From Chiloscyllium plagiosum (Eukaryota): a stretch of 64,000 bases of DNA. Positions 61,743-64,000 of the stretch are shown here, piece by piece (the stretch's first letter is position 1; the number at the start of each line of letters is the position of its first letter). The notes under the pieces are model-generated. The model made no database searches. It saw only the letters and a program-made list of their open reading frames with translations, and was not told the origin of the DNA. A program made the position numbers and the translations under genes. The stretch covers positions 17,231,327 to 17,295,326 of the forward strand of contig NC_057746.1 of the NCBI RefSeq assembly GCF_004010195.1. Reading direction: 5' to 3'.

Positions 61743-63639
61743 AACTTAGAACTATAGTTAAGATCACTAAATAGCAGACATCAACATAAAATAAATTGTG
61801 AAATGGAAATTGTTAATCAGGGACAATCGGTTCAAACTATATTTCAGTTAAGATAATGCACTGAAAAAATTATCATGTGGTATTATTACAACTAAAAGAA
61901 CCGTAAAATGTGAGAGACTTCAATAAAGTCTTATTACTTCAATTTTTGAGCTTTCCTGTAATACGTTTATGTCCCATCTAAATGTTGGCAATGTGTACGC
62001 ATTTCAAAAGTGTGGCAAAGTCCTGTACTTAAATCAATTCCATCATTGTTCAGGTAGGAACAGTATGACTTTATTTATTGAAGATAAATAAAAGTAGTTT
62101 GGCAGTACGGTTACTAGGAGGACGCCTGGAATGTAAGAGGCTGGGCGATTCTTCTTCCTAACATAATTCGATCAATTTAGGACAGAATTTAATTGAACAT
62201 TCTTCCATTAAACAATTTTATATCGTTGAAATTCCCTATCTTCAAAGCAGTCGATGCTTGCACATTCAAAATAAAGCAGCAATGCTCAACAGTCAATGGA
62301 GTCCTATGAAAAAAAAGAATCACAATCGAGAATAGTAGGTCCATTACATATGAACATCCGTCACGCTATTAATGACTGGTAGACCAGACTCAAACAATCA
62401 AATGGAGTTTGCCAGCTTGTGGTTGTTGCGTTTCAGATTAGGCAAATGCGTAGGATTTCTATTTTGCCTTCAGACCGGAGAATTCAAAATGATACAAATG
62501 TTGTTTTTAATGCTTTTCAAATTAATTTTGCGTAAGATATATTTGTGAATTCGTTCTGAAATTTTGCTGCGTACAGTAACACCTGAAATAATGTATCTCA
62601 AATGAGTGTTACATAGTTGTTCGGGAAATGATGCTCTGTTTTGGAAAAGAAACATGCTAAAGCAAGAGCACTCATAATTCAACATTTTCTCTATGTTTGG
62701 CATCAATTCTAGTGTGTTTTTTTGCCGTAAATGACGTTAATTACTTAGGTTATTTGCAATATCTCAAGTAGGCAAACCGGCTTTGAATTCCCGTTTCTCA
62801 CATTTATTTTAGAAAGTGGGGGTTTAATTTGCATTTATGGGAGAAACGTGGCATAACTGTATTATAGGATCATCCATCCTTATGTGGTTAATTAGCTTGG
62901 TGAACACGAAAAACAAAGATAAACGTCACTTTTTAAATTGATTAATGCGAATGGGCGTTTTGCTCCTATGTGAAGTAGAAACATCAGTCTGCATTATATC
63001 ATAAGCACAACGCAGGCTTTTCCACAATCTGTTCAGTGCATTTTCATGTCACTCACAGTGAGCTTTGGTGGCAATGTTTGTAAAGCCATTTGAGAGATTG
63101 ACAGAGAGCCCGGTCAAAGATTCAGAAGGCAAAGAGAGAAACAGTTGCAAATGGAAGGCAAACAAAATGTCAGGAGCTAAAGGAAAGACAGAAACCAAAT
63201 AAGAATGGAAGTAGAATCCTAAATTAATTAGTTGCCCACCAGATTTGCAGGTGCATTAAAAGATACGTTTTTAAGGAGAGCATAGTAAGGGGATATCAGT
63301 CAATCTGTTAAACATTGATTAAGCATGTAGATTTGAGGGAAATCATTAAGGTGAAAAGTAAGGTATATAGGCGGGGAAGTGCAGTAGACAATTCTAAAGC
63401 ATAAAACTGACGTTACAGAAGAAAGGCCAGAACAAATTTTGCAGTAGCTTTATTGAAGGGGTGCGTTGTTATCCAATGTAAATCACTGCAAGATTAGTAA
63501 GATAAATTCACTCAGTAGACAGTGAAGCTCCATATTACGCATAATTTCTTAAAAAAATGAAAGAAAACGCTCGTCTAATAAGTCTAGAAAGGGCTAGGTT
63601 TCAAACAATTTAGAAGAAAGCATTGAAAGCATACAATCC

Positions 63640-64000
63640 GGTTGCACAATGACATGGCACAGCAATTAATCTGCCCAAGATCGTCAGAAACTATGGAAAG
63701 TTGTGTGCACAGCCCAGGCCATCACGGAATACAACCTTACCTCCATGGACTCCATTTACACTTCTCATCACCGCAGAGGGGCTGTCAAAATCACCAAATA
63801 CCCTTCCCATCCCATGTAATGTTCTCCAACAATCCATTCTGTCAGGTGGATGATGAAGAAACTTGACACACTTACCAACAAGTTCAAGAACGGTTTCTTC
63901 CTTGCCGTTATTAGACTGATTAATGCAGTTTCGAACTTCTAATAATGTTGATCATGCTTCATAAACGTCCTGTGAATTGTAATCTGTATACTTCACTCTG
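63640..64000 (+). mobile_element. Rex1/Babar-like LINE 3' fragment
   Basis: Reverse complement of the 3' regions of the minus-strand copies ('gtgtgcacagccc..ccatcacgga..caaccttacctccatggactccatttacac...gttcaagaac'). Confidence 0.7.

Overview
This is eukaryotic, repeat-rich vertebrate DNA. The HE1-type tRNA SINEs with (AATCT)n tails, CR1/HER1-type LINEs and a Deu-domain SINE point to a shark or other elasmobranch genome (inference). The only host genes I can support belong to a cluster of two-exon, GPR139-like class A GPCRs. One is intact on the minus strand (exon 1 14829-14760, exon 2 12445-11550, 321 aa). One is a plus-strand pseudogene (frameshifted exon 1 at 36490-36567, decayed exon 2 at about 47459-47890). 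A third plus-strand paralog has an intact exon 1 at 61002-61071, and its exon 2 is not in the window. The ORF track does not list the exon 1 at 36490 or at 61002, and it mis-starts the intact gene. The rest is mostly decayed mobile DNA: many CR1 and Rex1/Babar-like LINE fragments, an RTE endonuclease fragment, Penelope-like pieces with hammerhead-like cores, Gypsy elements and a solo LTR. Two retrovirus-like remnants stand out: a class III (ERV-L/S-like) pol with a possible env trace and a 353-bp inverted duplication (55.2-58.6 kb), and a dual-RNase-H pol resembling lokiretroviruses, split by a Gypsy insertion (41.3-44.6 kb). An old duplicated block (1-1000 vs about 20355-21375) suggests the cluster grew by segmental duplication. 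Repeat boundaries were read by eye and are approximate, and family names come from motif recognition rather than database searches.
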